Of a stretch of DNA of 64,000 nt, positions 1-12,495 are shown piece by piece (position 1 is the stretch's first letter; every line of letters starts with the position of its first letter). Location: contig NC_045696.1 of the NCBI RefSeq assembly GCF_009834535.1, positions 53,756,001 to 53,820,000 of the forward strand, read 5' to 3'. This stretch comes from Camelus ferus. Its lineage: Eukaryota. A program made the position numbers and the translations under genes. Under the pieces are notes generated by a model. That model saw nothing but the letters and a program-made list of their open reading frames with translations, made no database searches and was not told where the DNA came from.

Positions 1-1789
1 AGAATATTGAGGATAGGGGAAAGAAAAAAAAAGGCAGTCCTAGTTGTTGTCGTATTTTCCTCTCAAAAAATCCACAGTGCTAAAGAAGTATCTGAAAATT
101 TAAAACTACTTTAAAGCAATGGATTTTTTTCCCAAGTCATAAAAAAAGATCTGCTTCTTAAATTCATCAGTGCATTACCATATTCAATCGACACAAAAAG
201 GAGACCAAGTCCTTTTGTTAAGGGGTAAGTCAGTGCAGCACTGTTCAGAAAGAGAACTATGTTGCTGTAATACGGGACTGAAAGCATAGAATACATTTAT
301 CTGAATGAAGTATAAATTATATAAGGGCAGGGTTGCCATGCAAAAAAGATAGAGACCCCCTGACCTCTATCTTAACCTGTCCCTACCTTCCCAAATTCTC
401 AGCCTTCTTCCTTTTCTCTGTGGTCACCTTGGAGATGCTGCAATTCATAACCTTTCCCCCCTGCTCTCCTGTGGCTGCCAAAGGAAACAAAGAAGATGAA
501 TGATTTTAATTCTTACTGCTGTGCTGTCCGATGCAACTCTGTTGCCAGCTGGTCTTGCTGCAGGCCTGCTTATAGGAGCTTGGGTTCCTGTGAAATTTTC
601 ACACAGAGATACATGGATGAAGGAGGGAAGACCAGCGTGGAGAAGGGCTTGCCGCCCACGGAGTCAGATGAAGGCAGCCCAGCAGGGCAGTAAGCCCCGC
701 ACATGGGTCCTACTTCTGAGTGTCCACAGCCTCGAGGCAATGAGGTGGTGGATGCAAACTCAAGGCGGAGGCTTCATTAAATGCAATATTAAAAAGGTAA
801 CATACACAGGGGAGCTTATTTAAAAACAAAACAGTATTAGAATATTGTGGACTGACTCGATGAAAAGGATCGTTCTGGACTTGATTTGTTAATGGCTTTC
901 TCAAGCTTTAAGAGCGTCAAGTGCTGAGCTCTTTAGGTGGGAAACTGCAAATACAGTATCCCATGGGGACAGGTTAAAAGGTCAGAGGGTAGTTTAGGAG
1001 GGGAAGGAGAAGAAAAAGTCAGCGTAGGGAATAGTCCCGGCCAGGAGACTCTAATTACCTGAATTCTGTCCCCAGCTGGACTCTTACTGTTGGAATTTGC
1101 CAGGTCTCTGGAGCAGAAGCAGCTCCTTCACAGTTGCCCAAGACACAGACACACTCCCACACACATTATGAGAAGTGGGAGTTGTGACTGTGAGTTGTTT
1201 ATCCCGGAGAAAGTGTAGGAAAGAGAAAAGCAAGACAAGGAAAAAGGCAGCCACCCAGGAAGGAAGTCAGACAGTGACAGGTTGGGGGTTTGGTGTGGGG
1301 TTGTTATAGATAAGAATACACCATAGGACTCAGGACCTGGACAATTTCTTTCAGATGTATAAACATTTCCCTAAAGCCAACCTTTAAAGACTTGAAACAT
1401 CAATCTGCAATGGCAGAGGGCAGCAGGGAGAAATGGTGTTCTCAAGCCCAGCTCAAAGCACCAGGTAAGATCTGCTGTTTGAAAAGTCTTTGCTAGAAAC
1501 CTAGCTGCACAAGGGACATATTTCTGTGATCTCTGTAAAATCTTGAGAGCAGGTACTTTCCAGGAGTTCAGAAGCTCCAGGTCCCTTTAGACAAGTTCAA
1601 TAATAACTGAACCAGAACACCTGCCTATCTTCCATTCATGCATCACACATATAGCAACTAACAAAGCACACAAGACTCTGTTTTCAAACCCAAGAAATAC
1701 ACATCAGAAAAAAAATCAGGTGTTGACTAAGAAATGCTGGTTCTAGGCAGTATCACTAAGAAGTTTGCAAGTGTCCTCTGCATTCAGCC

Positions 1790-1911
1790 AAAAGAGAGAG
1801 ATGAAAGAGAAAGATGAAAGAGAGAGAGAGGGAGTGGGGAGAGGGAGGAGCAGGGGTGGATGGAGGAGGAGGAGGAGGGGGAGAGGAGGGAGGAGGAGGG
1901 GAGAAGAGAAA
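1790..1911. repeat. GA/GGA-rich low-complexity purine tract
   Basis: gagagagagagggagtgggggagagggaggag...ggaggaggaggaggaggggg seen directly. Confidence 0.9.
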
Positions 1912-2904
1912 GATCTTGAAATGCTCTTCCTCCTTGTGTGACTCAAATATTTACATTTTCCTTCCCTTTTCCTGCCTATGCCATTTCCTCTCCCGCCCTT
2001 TTCATTCATCTCCCTACAACCTCTCTGCCTCCACCACCCCTACCCCGACAAACTCTTCCATTCTTTGGTGATGGTTGCTGCCCTCTGCATGGGTCCACCT
2101 GCGATTTTTCCTGCCCTCTGCAGTCTCCCTCCGGCCCTCCCTCTCCTTCTCTCCATCCTGAAGTGGAACATCCGTGCATGCACAGCATACACACAAACAC
2201 ACAGCTGTCCTGACTTCTCTCTGGCACTTGCCAGTGACGGACACTCCAAACATTTAGCACAGCATGCCAAAATATTGAAGTAAAAATGAGAAGCTCTTCA
2301 ATTGAAATGCTAATTAATCATAAACAAGCTCCTTTCAAGGTAGGAGTTCTGGCAATGACGCCTGGAGTGGAGACACTGGGATTCTCGTTAGAAGACAACA
2401 AAGATCCCCTTCGGATGCTAGGTGGCAGTGTTAACTCACTAACAGGCACAGAGCTGAGACTTGCCAAGTCACACATACAATTTAGCTTGAGTGAGACACA
2501 CATAAAAGTGGAGAACTCAGAGAGAGGGGCTGAAGCCAGGAAAATAAGTTGCTGTGATGGTCCATGAAGGAGTTCATAAACATGGAAAGCTGGGAGTCAT
2601 TTCTTTAAAAAGCTCAGCCAAAGACGGTTGATACTTTAAAGAGCCTGCCTTGTGATTTCAGCATCAAGATTTCAAAGCCAAACTGTCTTTTAGAAATATG
2701 ACACTGGTACAGAGATACCCCAGATGTTTAATATTTTTTCCTGCGCCATCTGAATTTCCCATCTGAATAATAGTGATCAGTATTCATAGCAGCTGGAAAA
2801 TATCGGAACACCAAGCATTGCCCTGCTCATGAAGCAGGTTGCCTTTCTCTTTTTCCAGGTGATCGCCGCCACAATACCGTCAGTCCTGAACTGCCCAATA
2901 TTGA

Positions 2905-3560
2905 CTTCTCAGGGACATCTTTAACTCTTTGTCTCTCACATTCCAATCAGTCACCTAGACTGGTGGATTCGCTCAAAAATATTACTCAAACCCACACTCA
3001 GCCCTCAATCCCCATTGACTCTGGTTTAGCTGTATATTTAAAAATTTTTTTCCTTCCTTAGAAGATTATGGTAGACATTTAATTGCACATCTTTCCTTTT
3101 GTGTCTCTGCCAGCATACACTAACCACAGAGACCAAGAGTAGTCTTCCAAAAATACATGTCTGAGCATATGGCTTTCTTCCCTACAAAAGTGGGATGGAT
3201 ACAACTCATCTGTAGGATAAAGTCTGTACACCTTAATGGGACGTATAAGGCCCTTTATGATCTGACCTCTTTCACCCTCTTCTTTTCCCAGGCCCCCTCA
3301 TTACACGTTGTATATTCCAGCCACTCATAATCATTCAGGATTCCGATTATACATCAAAATCTATCACGTCTCCAAGCCGTTCACATATTGTTCTCTCTGC
3401 CAGAAATAGTCTTCCTTCCTTTATTCACCAGGCAAACATCTGTTCATCAATCACCTATTCATTGTGCAAAATCTTGGGGCAAATGTTACCCCTCTGAACA
3501 GTGCCTGCCCAGCTTCCCAGGTGTAATTAACTGTTTTGTCCTGTGTTTGCATTAATAAAA
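2905..3560 (+). mobile_element. L2 LINE fragment (ancient)
   Basis: Degenerate L2 3' motifs (cacattccaatcagtcacc; aggccctttatgatctgacc; gttctctctgccagaaat); boundaries approximate. Confidence 0.55.
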
Positions 3561-3629
3561 TGTACAGAGATATACAGGTATAGATAGAGGTGCAGATACA
3601 CACCTTTAACAAAGCATCTCTAGAGTCGA

Positions 3630-4625
3630 TTTTTTATCGGTTTCAGGTATACAGCATTATAATTCGACATCTGTATAGACCACAAGGTGATCACCACCAC
3701 GAATCTAGTTGCCATTCATCACCATCAATTTGTCCACCCTCAAACCCCCTTCCCCTCTGGTAACCATTAATCTGTTCTCTGTATCTGTGAGTTCATTTTG
3801 TTTTGTTTGTTTGTTTGTTTGTTTTGTTTTGTTTTTTGACATTCCACATCTGAGTGAATTCATATGGTATTTGTCTTTCCCTGTTTGACTTATTTCACTT
3901 AGCATACTACCTTCAAGGCCCATCCATGTTGTCACAAGTAGCAGGATTTCTTCTTGCCTTTAAGGCTAAGTGATGACACATATATCATATCTTCTGTATC
4001 CATGCATCTGTTGACAGACACTAAGGTTGTTTGCATATTGTTTTCATATTGGCTGCTTGAAATAACGCTGCAATGAACATGGGGGTTCATATATCCTTTT
4101 GAATTAAAGTTTTCATATTCTTTGGACAAATACCCTGAAGTGGAAGAGCTGAGTCATTTGATGGTTTTAGTCTTCATACTTTGAGGAATCTCCATATCGT
4201 TTTCCATAGTGGCTGCACCAATCTACAGTCCCATCAACTATGTACATAGGTTCCCCTTTTTCCACATCCTCTACAAAATGTTATTTCTTTTCTTTTTATA
4301 ATAACAGGTGTGATGTGACATCTCATTGTGGTTTTGATTTGCTGTTCCATGATAATCAGTGATGTTGAACATCTTTTCATTTGCCTGTGGTCACATCTGG
4401 ATGTCTTTTTTGGAAAAATGTCTATTCAGACCCTGTGCCCATTTTTTAATTGAGTTGGTTTTTGCTGTTGTTGTTGTTGTTGAGTTGTATGAGTTCTTTA
4501 TATGTTTTGGATATTCATCCCTTATTAAATATCTTCTCTCATTCAGTAGGTTGCCTTTTTGTTTTGATAATGGTTTTCTTCACAGTGCAGATGCTTTTCA
4601 GTTTGCTGAAGTCCCATTTGTTCAC
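3630..4625 (-). mobile_element. L1 3' end (ORF2 C-terminus + 3'UTR), L1MA-like
   Basis: Minus-strand translation WMGLEGSMLSEISQTGKDKYHM resembles the L1 ORF2 terminal region; ttccatagtggctgcaccaat and tctcattgtggttttgatttgc are L1 hallmarks. Confidence 0.9.
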
Positions 4626-5450
4626 AGTTAATATTCTATGTAAAGAACAGTCTGTTTTAAGTTGGTAGCAACTTAAATTTGAACACATTCCAAAGCTTTA
4701 TCTTTATATTCCACTATGTTTTATACTTATGATGAAATATTTTACATCTTCTTTTATTTTTATGCATTCCTTAACTAATTGTAATTTTAGTTCATTCTGC
4801 TACTTTTGTCTTTTAACATCTATGTTTATTTTATAAGTGATTGATCAAATTGCCTTTATTATTTATGTACCTTTTCCAGTGAGATTTTTACTGTTGTATG
4901 TTTTTTTTATTATTATTATTATTTAGTCCTATTTTTTTCATCTTAAATAAGTCCCTTTAACATTTCTCGTAATGATGAACTCTGTTAGCTTTTGCTTCCC
5001 TGGTAAACTCTTGATACCTTCTTCAGTTCTCAGTGATAACCTTGCTGGGTTCTCAAGAATTCTTGGTTGGAAGTTTTGTCCTTTCAGTACTTTGAATATA
5101 TCATGTCACTTCCTTCTGGCCTGCAAAGTTTCAGCTGAAAAATGTGTTGATAGCATTAGGAGGTTCCCCTTGTAACAAGTTGGTTTTACTTTACTGCTTT
5201 TATAATTCTCTCTTTATCCTTAACTTTTACCATTTTAATTATAATATCTTGGTCTGTGTTTCTTTTCATCTTATTTGCAACTCTCTGGGCTTCCTGGACC
5301 AGGATGTCTGTTTCCTTCTCCAGATTAGGAAAAATTTCAGCCACTATTTTAAAAATAATTTTCCTGACTCTTTCTCTCTTTTCTTCTTCTGGGGCCCCAA
5401 TAATTTAAATGTTATTCTGCTTGATATTGTCCCAGAGGATCCTCAAAGTC
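4626..5450 (-). mobile_element. L1 inter-ORF and ORF1 C-terminal fragment
   Basis: Reverse complement of ~5055-5140 reads like L1 ORF1p (FSAETLQARRK.HDIFKVLKGQNFQPRIL). Confidence 0.8.
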
Positions 5451-5787
5451 TTTAAATACATGTTTGTAGTCAATAACTTCAGAGTAAATGAAGTCCCCCA
5501 GACTGAAGTGTCAGAAAAGGAATATATACCCCAAGTGGGAAACATATTTTTTAAGTTTCTTTGTCATTGTGAGGGCATTGGTCTTGTGGCAAACAAAGTC
5601 TTCAAGCCATTTGAAAAGTAAAATGACTTAAAAACTGTGAACCTGGAGTTGTGGTCCGTGAATATCACAGGGGCTTTATAGCAGCAATGATCAACAAAGC
5701 TGGAGAGCAGTAGTTAGAGTGACACTAGCGCCTTAAAGTATGATCACATCCCTCCATTAGGCTGAGAGTCTGATCAAAGGGGGGAAT

Positions 5788-6338
5788 TGTTAAAGAGAAA
5801 AACCATAGGCCCAAAATGGTACCCCTTGGGCTGAAGCCCGTAATACCAAACCTAAATTTAATACCAAACTAATTGCAGTTTCAACCTTCTCCAGAAATGT
5901 AATCTTAATCAACCAGTTCAGAATTTTTTCTGGTCAGCGCCAATGGGGTAATCTGTCACGTGGGCCCTCTCTAACCCGTCTAACCCTCAGAGGAAGAAGA
6001 GGCAACCTGCAGGATAAAACCCTTGCCATTCACGACCCAAAGTAACACGTTCTTTCTCCATTCCTTCCTTGCTTTTTCTTTCTTCCTTCCTTCTTCTTCT
6101 TTTTCTTTCTTTCTTTTCCTTCCTTCCTTCTTTCCTTCCCTTCCTCCCTCCTTTCTTTTTTTGCAAATAGCTTCCTTGCCCCATCCTTCTTCCTCTTTAA
6201 AAAAACCCTTCCATTTTGTATAGCTACTCAGAGTGCCCTTTTAGTAGCTGGATGGGATGCTGCCAAATTCATGAATTGCCTAATAAAGCCCAATTAGATC
6301 TTCAAATTTACTCTTTTGAATTTTGGGGTTTTTTAAAA
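5788..6338 (+). mobile_element. ERV1-class 3' LTR (MER34/MER39-like) preceded by a polypurine tract
   Basis: Begins TGT directly after aaaggggggaat (PPT); AATAAA in 'aataaagcccaattagatcttcaaattt' near the 3' end; interrupted by a pyrimidine microsatellite. Confidence 0.75.
6050..6161. repeat. (CTT/CCTT/CTTT)n microsatellite inside the LTR
   Basis: Seen directly. Confidence 0.9.
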
Positions 6339-6344
6339 TCACTT

Positions 6345-6403
6345 TTTATATCTATATATCTACATTCTGTTGGTTCCATTTCTGTTTAGTACCCCGACTA
6401 ATA
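6345..6403 (+). mobile_element. ERVL (MLT2-like) LTR 3' terminus
   Basis: ttctgttggttccatttctgtttagtaccccgactaata resembles the MLT2 end (cctattggttctgtttctctggagaaccctgactaataca). Confidence 0.5.
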
Positions 6404-6404
6404 A

Positions 6405-7140
6405 AGGAGATAAGATGGTGATGTCCACTAGAATGGTAACAGAAGAGTGGTAGGAAGATATTGGGTTCTGGATCTATTCTGAAGCAGAGAATGTAATATT
6501 TGCTAATGGCTAAAATGTGGGTGTGAGTGTGAATGAAAGAAAGGAGTCAAGTTTGATTCAGAGGGTTTGGATAGAGCAACTGAAAGAATAAAGTTACCAT
6601 TTACTGAAATGGGAAGATTGAGGAAGAATGAGGCCATAAAGAGCTCAATTTCACACATATTAACTTGATATGCTACTGAACATCCGAGTGAGATCAAGTT
6701 GTCAGGTGGATAAACAAACCTAGAATTCAGGGAAGAGTTTACACTGAAGATATATATTTTGAAGTCATAAACCTTATAGCTATGGCCTGGATGAGATCAC
6801 TCAGGAAGTGAAAATAGATAAGTAGGAGCAAAAGCCTGAGCCCTCGAACTCTCCAACAGTTAGTGAGGTTAGAAAAATGGGAAGCATCCAGCAAAAGAGA
6901 CTGGAAAGATTGCTCAATGAGGCAGGTAGGAAACCAATACAGAGTTTTTCTCCAGAGACCAAGAAAGATATTCTAAAAAAAGGCAATAATGAAGCATGTC
7001 AAGTGCTTGCAACAGGTCAAGATAACAGTGACAGAAGGTTTTCTCTTGGACTTGACAATGTGCAGATAACTGGTGACCAGCCCAAGGGCAGTGTCCATGA
7101 GGAAGGAGACACAACAGCCTGACTTGGAATTGTTCAAGGG
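6405..7140 (-). mobile_element. L2 LINE fragment
   Basis: gaaaggagtcaag...gcaactgaaagaataaagttaccatttactgaaatgggaag is the reverse complement of the L2 core; probably resumes ~7410-7620. Confidence 0.75.
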
Positions 7141-7959
7141 AGATACTAGTTGTTTATGAAAATTATATGGAAAACAGCTGTTTAGTAACTAAAAAGGTAA
7201 GGAACAATATACACAAAATGTAAGACAGTGGTAAGTTTTTCTCTAGGGAAAGCAATGGAATGAGATATAAAGGAACATGGGGCATATGAAACAGAATTGG
7301 TAACGTTATAATTCTTAAAGTGGGTTATTCTGCTTCATAATATAAAATGCATTGCCTACAGTCTTCTAAATGAACCAAAAATAACATAACTGAAAATTAA
7401 AATGAATAAAGGAGATGGGTAGAATTGTAATTGGTGGTCATAGACTACTCTTTTGAAGAGTTTGTAGGAAAATGGGCTAGTGGTTGAAGGTTCTATAAAA
7501 TTAAAGGTTTTTTTTTTTTGGCCTTGATTTTAAGAAGAAAGGTGTTACATTATGTCTCTATGCTGCTGGGAATATAGTGGGGGAAACTGATGAAGCAGGA
7601 AAGAGAGCTAGTGGAATCAGCGCTTCAGGAACTGGAATTCTGATCCTGTGTTGTCAAGAATCACACCACCTCTTCCTCTCTTTCATTACTGCTTGTCTGT
7701 TTGTTTGTTTGTTTGTAATTAACACTTAACATATACGTACTTAACATTCTCCATTTGGTAGGTATGATATCACAGCCTCTCTAGAGCGATTATTTCAACT
7801 CTAAGACAGTCTTCAGATAAGAAATAATTCCTCCAACAAACTATGACTCTGAGTATCTCTAATGACTTAGCAGTTGGTGGAAAATAAAGATGATATGAGG
7901 TACATATAGACAAAGTCAGAATCAATCATATATTCTAATAAAGAGTTTTCATAATACAG

Positions 7960-8261
7960 AAACAAAGAAGTTACACTTCTATAGAAGGTAAATATTTTAT
8001 GCTCCCATAAAACGCTTTCTCCAAGATGTTAACTGTCGGCAACAGAGTCATATCTTCCAGGTTAGCAAAGCTAGTAGAAAGAAAGAGAAATTTCTTGTCT
8101 AAACTTTTGTGTATCAATCCCAGAAAGAATTCTGACTGGTTCTGCTTGAACAGTAGTCACTGATGGCTAAACTTAAGTTGCATGTCTATACCTAGTATCT
8201 GTTAACAGAATATATCCTGTGCTGGGCAGACAAATACAATAAATTAACCCAGACTGCTACA
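7960..8261 (-). mobile_element. MaLR LTR fragment (MLT1J/K-like)
   Basis: aatcccagaaagaattctgactggttctgcttg...tgctgggcagacaaa...gctaca pattern. Confidence 0.45.
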
Positions 8262-10269
8262 TACATTGAATGACTTCTAAAACAAACAAAAGAAACCCAC
8301 TACTTAAGAAAATACTATGTTGTAATAACAGATGCAGCCGGAGAGACTGAGAAAGGAATTAGGGTCTGTTCTTGATGGTACAGGTATCATTCACCTTGCA
8401 AAGTATGTATTCGATTTTTATTTTCTTTGCTTTGGTTTGGTTTGGATTTCCTCACTAAGGGGAACGAGGGTTGACGTGGATATTCTTTTTTCGTTGGAAA
8501 CTCTGTTTGATATAAGACATGCCATAGATGAAGGTGCGGTTTTCAAAGAACTGTAGGGCAATGGGAGAGATATTTTGGAATCTGACTATCTGAAGAGAAG
8601 AGAACAGATGTTTTGAGATAATCCAAACTGTTTTATTGGGGCCAAGAAGAGAAGAGGAAAGTGATTTCAATAGCTACGTGTGGCAGTATCTTAGAAAAGA
8701 TACCTTTATTAAGAAAGAAAAGATTTTATATATTTAAATATATATATTCATATATATATGAATAGTGAGGAAAGAATTTCATCTACAGCTTTATTTTTGA
8801 TTTGAGTTTTTTTTCCCACACCATTTGGTTTCTCATTGATTACTGGCACAAGAACAGAAAAGATTTTCCTTTTTAAGCATTTCAGATCTAATCATCTTAG
8901 GAAGTTCTCTCAGAGCCAAATGGTATCCTCTACAGCTAAAACTTGAGGTCGATTTATGAAGTCAACACAGGAAATGCAACTAATTCTCCAGAGTCTACTT
9001 CCCAAATGCTAGTAGAATCTTACTTGAATTGTTCGCAGAGTCACAGGAAAATCCACAACAGCTACTTCCTGTCTTTGCAATTTGCCAGCTTTGCAACAGC
9101 TAGAGACTGCCCCTAGGTATCTGCCAGCACTTCCTCTTTCCTTCCTCTCCCCTCAACCTGGTACCCACTCTTTATCCCTGCTTACCCTCCTCTCCCCTAC
9201 TCCTTTCCCCTAACTGCACTCCCTTCATTAGTTGGCTCTCACTATCACGTCAAAACTTTAGAAAGTTGAAACTTTCAGCAGAGGACACTAATATTGTGAG
9301 TGGCAACAGGGCTGCAGTAACTGAAGGGAGAAAAAGGGAGCCTGACCACCCAAGGCAATGACTGGGTAAATTAAAACTATAGTCAAATTTGGGCTGCAAA
9401 GAATGTGATACTCCCCACCTATCATAATTTGGAATTGCAAATACAAGTCTCTAGGTTAACTCCAAGATCTACAAGTTGGACAATGTTTGTGGATAAACAG
9501 AAAATGGATGCAAGTATAAGGAAAACAGTCAAGTGCTTTATGTTCCCAAAAGGTTTTGTAGTCTGGTAGACACACACTGTAGGTACTCTCCGAAAATGAG
9601 CTGACGGCCCTGCGGCTTGCATTGTAAACAATTATTATGGAATCTTCTTTAAGTTTTCCTCAACCCTTCATAAGGTTCTCTCTGTGAACACCTTCATTAA
9701 ATGCCAAAGGCTTTAAGCTAGTATATCTCATTCCCATCCGTTGCAAAATGCTTCTGTTTATTTTTCCAATAATGCTGCTTTTGTAATAACACCAGATAAT
9801 GAGATGTTGGGGGTGGGGGAGGAGAAATGAAACAAGAAAGAGAAAGGTCACAAATTTTAAGCCATATGGGATTTTTTTTATTGTTATGTTTGAAGTGTGT
9901 TTAGCACAGAGACAAATTGTACATTTAGCGTAAGTCACCGGGACCTAATGAGCTCCTAATGTGTCCCATACTTCAAGGTTTTTCAGAACAGGCCAGTAAC
10001 TTAGCAACCACAGCTAAACCTTGACAGGAATAATCATTATTTGTGCTGTAGCTTCAGGCTTCCCCAGTATAGGTTTCTTTTCTCTTTTTCCCTTCCTGTT
10101 ATTTTTTTTAAAGGACCCCAGAACAAGGCAGAAAAGCTAAGACTGAGAAGCGAGAATTTCCCTCCTGTTGCTAAATCGCATGAATGGAACACAGGTCCGT
10201 AGTTGAGAATTACTTCCCAGAGACACTAAGGAAGGTAAGGGAGAGAAGGCTAGATGTGGTCATTTCAGG

Positions 10270-10760
10270 TGAGTGCTATCTCAACATGTATGAATTCAAC
10301 ATTTGCAGTGTTGACAATTCACAAATCAATATGAAGTTCTCTGATGTATAAAACGTCTTAATATTGTTGAGGTACAAATTGGTGACCAACTCTTCAACAG
10401 TAGCAAGTTGCATGGTCAGTGAGTGAACCCAGCTGAATCCAGCATCTGTACTGCAGTCTACTTTAGTTGTTCTCTACTGAAGTATTAAATAAACAACTTC
10501 ATTATGAATGCTCTACCTCTCCCTGTTCCCTTTAAAACAACAACAATAACAATAAAAACTTTTCACGAAGATGATGGAAGAAAAGGCGAGAATATCTAAG
10601 ATAGCATTAGCATACAACCAGAAAATACAAATTTTAGAGGATAAACCCTAACAAATATGGAGATGCCTACAGAATTCTACAGATGTTGCTCAGAACTTTC
10701 AAAGGGCTATCAGAGCTACCACTGCAGAACTGAAGAAGTTACGTCACTGGTGAGTGGGAT
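10270..10760 (+). mobile_element. Putative degenerate Tigger/pogo DNA transposon fragment
   Basis: CpG-decayed TIR-like start (ctcaacatgtatgaattcaacatttgcagtgttgacaattcac) and a broken frame at 10572-10752 resembling a pogo transposase C-terminus. Confidence 0.3.
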
Positions 10761-12404
10761 ACTTTAGTAGATCATTATTACCAGGCAGATTGTAGCAATG
10801 GTGAAAAGACTTACTAAGCAGACCTGTTTCTAATTCTACAGGTGGATCCATGGTCCCCAAAAAAAGTGTCAGTTGATGAAGCCCTCCCAAACAGAAGAGA
10901 AAATATGTTGCTATCACAGGTCTCTGTTTAATTGGATTTTTTCAAGTCAAGAAAATAAAAGGAACATTTCTTAATTTACATCTACTTTGAAAAGGTAAAT
11001 AATACAACTTATGGGTATTCAGAATCTCTGAGGTCAAGACCTTATTCTGTTATTAACCAGCCAGGTGACTATGGATTGTGGTTAACCACTCTGGACCTAG
11101 GAACCTCTTTAAAATGGTTGTAGGTCAGGATAGTCCCTTTATTCTTAATACATGAGCTTTTGAAAAGGCAGGATGATAGGGCAGAAGAATGCAGAACACT
11201 GTGAATAGTTCTGAATAAACCACAGCAAAGACGAATGCTGGTTGTTTCTTTCCTTTTTTCTGAAAAGAGAAAAATTATTATTGTTTTCAGCACAAACAGG
11301 TGCTTGTGGGACCTTACTAGGTAATGCATTCTAAGTTCTCTATTAATAATTTAAAGGATAGATACCTTGTAAGATTGATTAATAAAAGTTGTTCCTGCAG
11401 ATTCTCATGAAAAATAAGCTTTGGTGAATGCTAGCACCTGATTTTCATATGTATATATATTGGTGGTAATCAGTTCACTATCATGTAGTCATTTATATGA
11501 GCAATGGTTAATCGATAGCTGATAAACAAGGAGAGACCTTTGTCTCTTTCTGGACATAATATCTAGTTCTATGTGGTAGGAATAATGGATGGGAGGTGAA
11601 CTCAGATAGCCCAGTGGGCGGTAGAGGACTGTCAGAGAACAGGACTCTAGAAGAAGCTTACCACTAGCCGTAAGGGGGATATACACCTTGGATAAAAAAA
11701 GAGAAGTCAGATGCAGTGATAAAACAGATTTTCAAGATACCGGGGGAAAAGGACTTGGAAGTTAGACATTGGTATATAGACTGAGGGATCACAGTCAGAA
11801 CTGGCTTGTGACCTAAACAAAGCTATACTGATTTAGTCTGTATCCCATTTAATTGCCTGAGACCATATTGCTTATACCAGTGCAACGATGTCCTTTTGCG
11901 CAACTCCTGGGAGTCTATGTAAATGGCTGTTTGCTGCACAACTCCACAGGGGTGCAGTTTGATTAGACCATGCTAGGACTGGTGAATCCTGGAACGTGAA
12001 GGATGGAGAACCAATAGACTCACTCTCTCTAGTCAAATATTTCTGTCTCTGCACATAAATGGACTGTAGCCACTATACTAGGAGAAAGGGTGGACAACTG
12101 GGGGCATATATATGACGGCAGGGAGCGAACGGGGAGAGCGATATTCCTAACACCGAACCACGCACAACAGAAAGACCTACTGGCTCCCCGTGATTGACAG
12201 CAGGGATGATGCTGGGCTGCCACAAAGAGAGGGAAAGAGCACCTCAGAGGGAAGAGGAGCATCTGATGTAAGGGACACGACACCGGGAATCTACAGCAGT
12301 TATCTGCTGAACCTGGCATGATGGTTCCTCAGGATTCTCTACTCTCCAAACTGTAATTTCATGACAGAATTGACAATAGTATTATATGGGTGCTCTCTTA
12401 GCAG

Positions 12405-12495
12405 GGACAGAGAGGGGAAAGAGGGGAAGGGGGAGGGAAGGGAAGAGAGAAAGGGAAGAAGTAGCAGCAGCAGAAGGGTGAGGAGGAGGAGGAAA
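12405..12495. repeat. Purine-rich low-complexity tract
   Basis: Seen directly. Confidence 0.85.

Noticed and set aside
40..91. Possible minus-strand terminal coding exon (ttttcAG then YFFSTVDFLRGKYDNN-stop)
   Set aside because: I do not recognise the peptide and found no upstream minus-strand coding exons; a TBLASTN/BLASTX hit would be needed.
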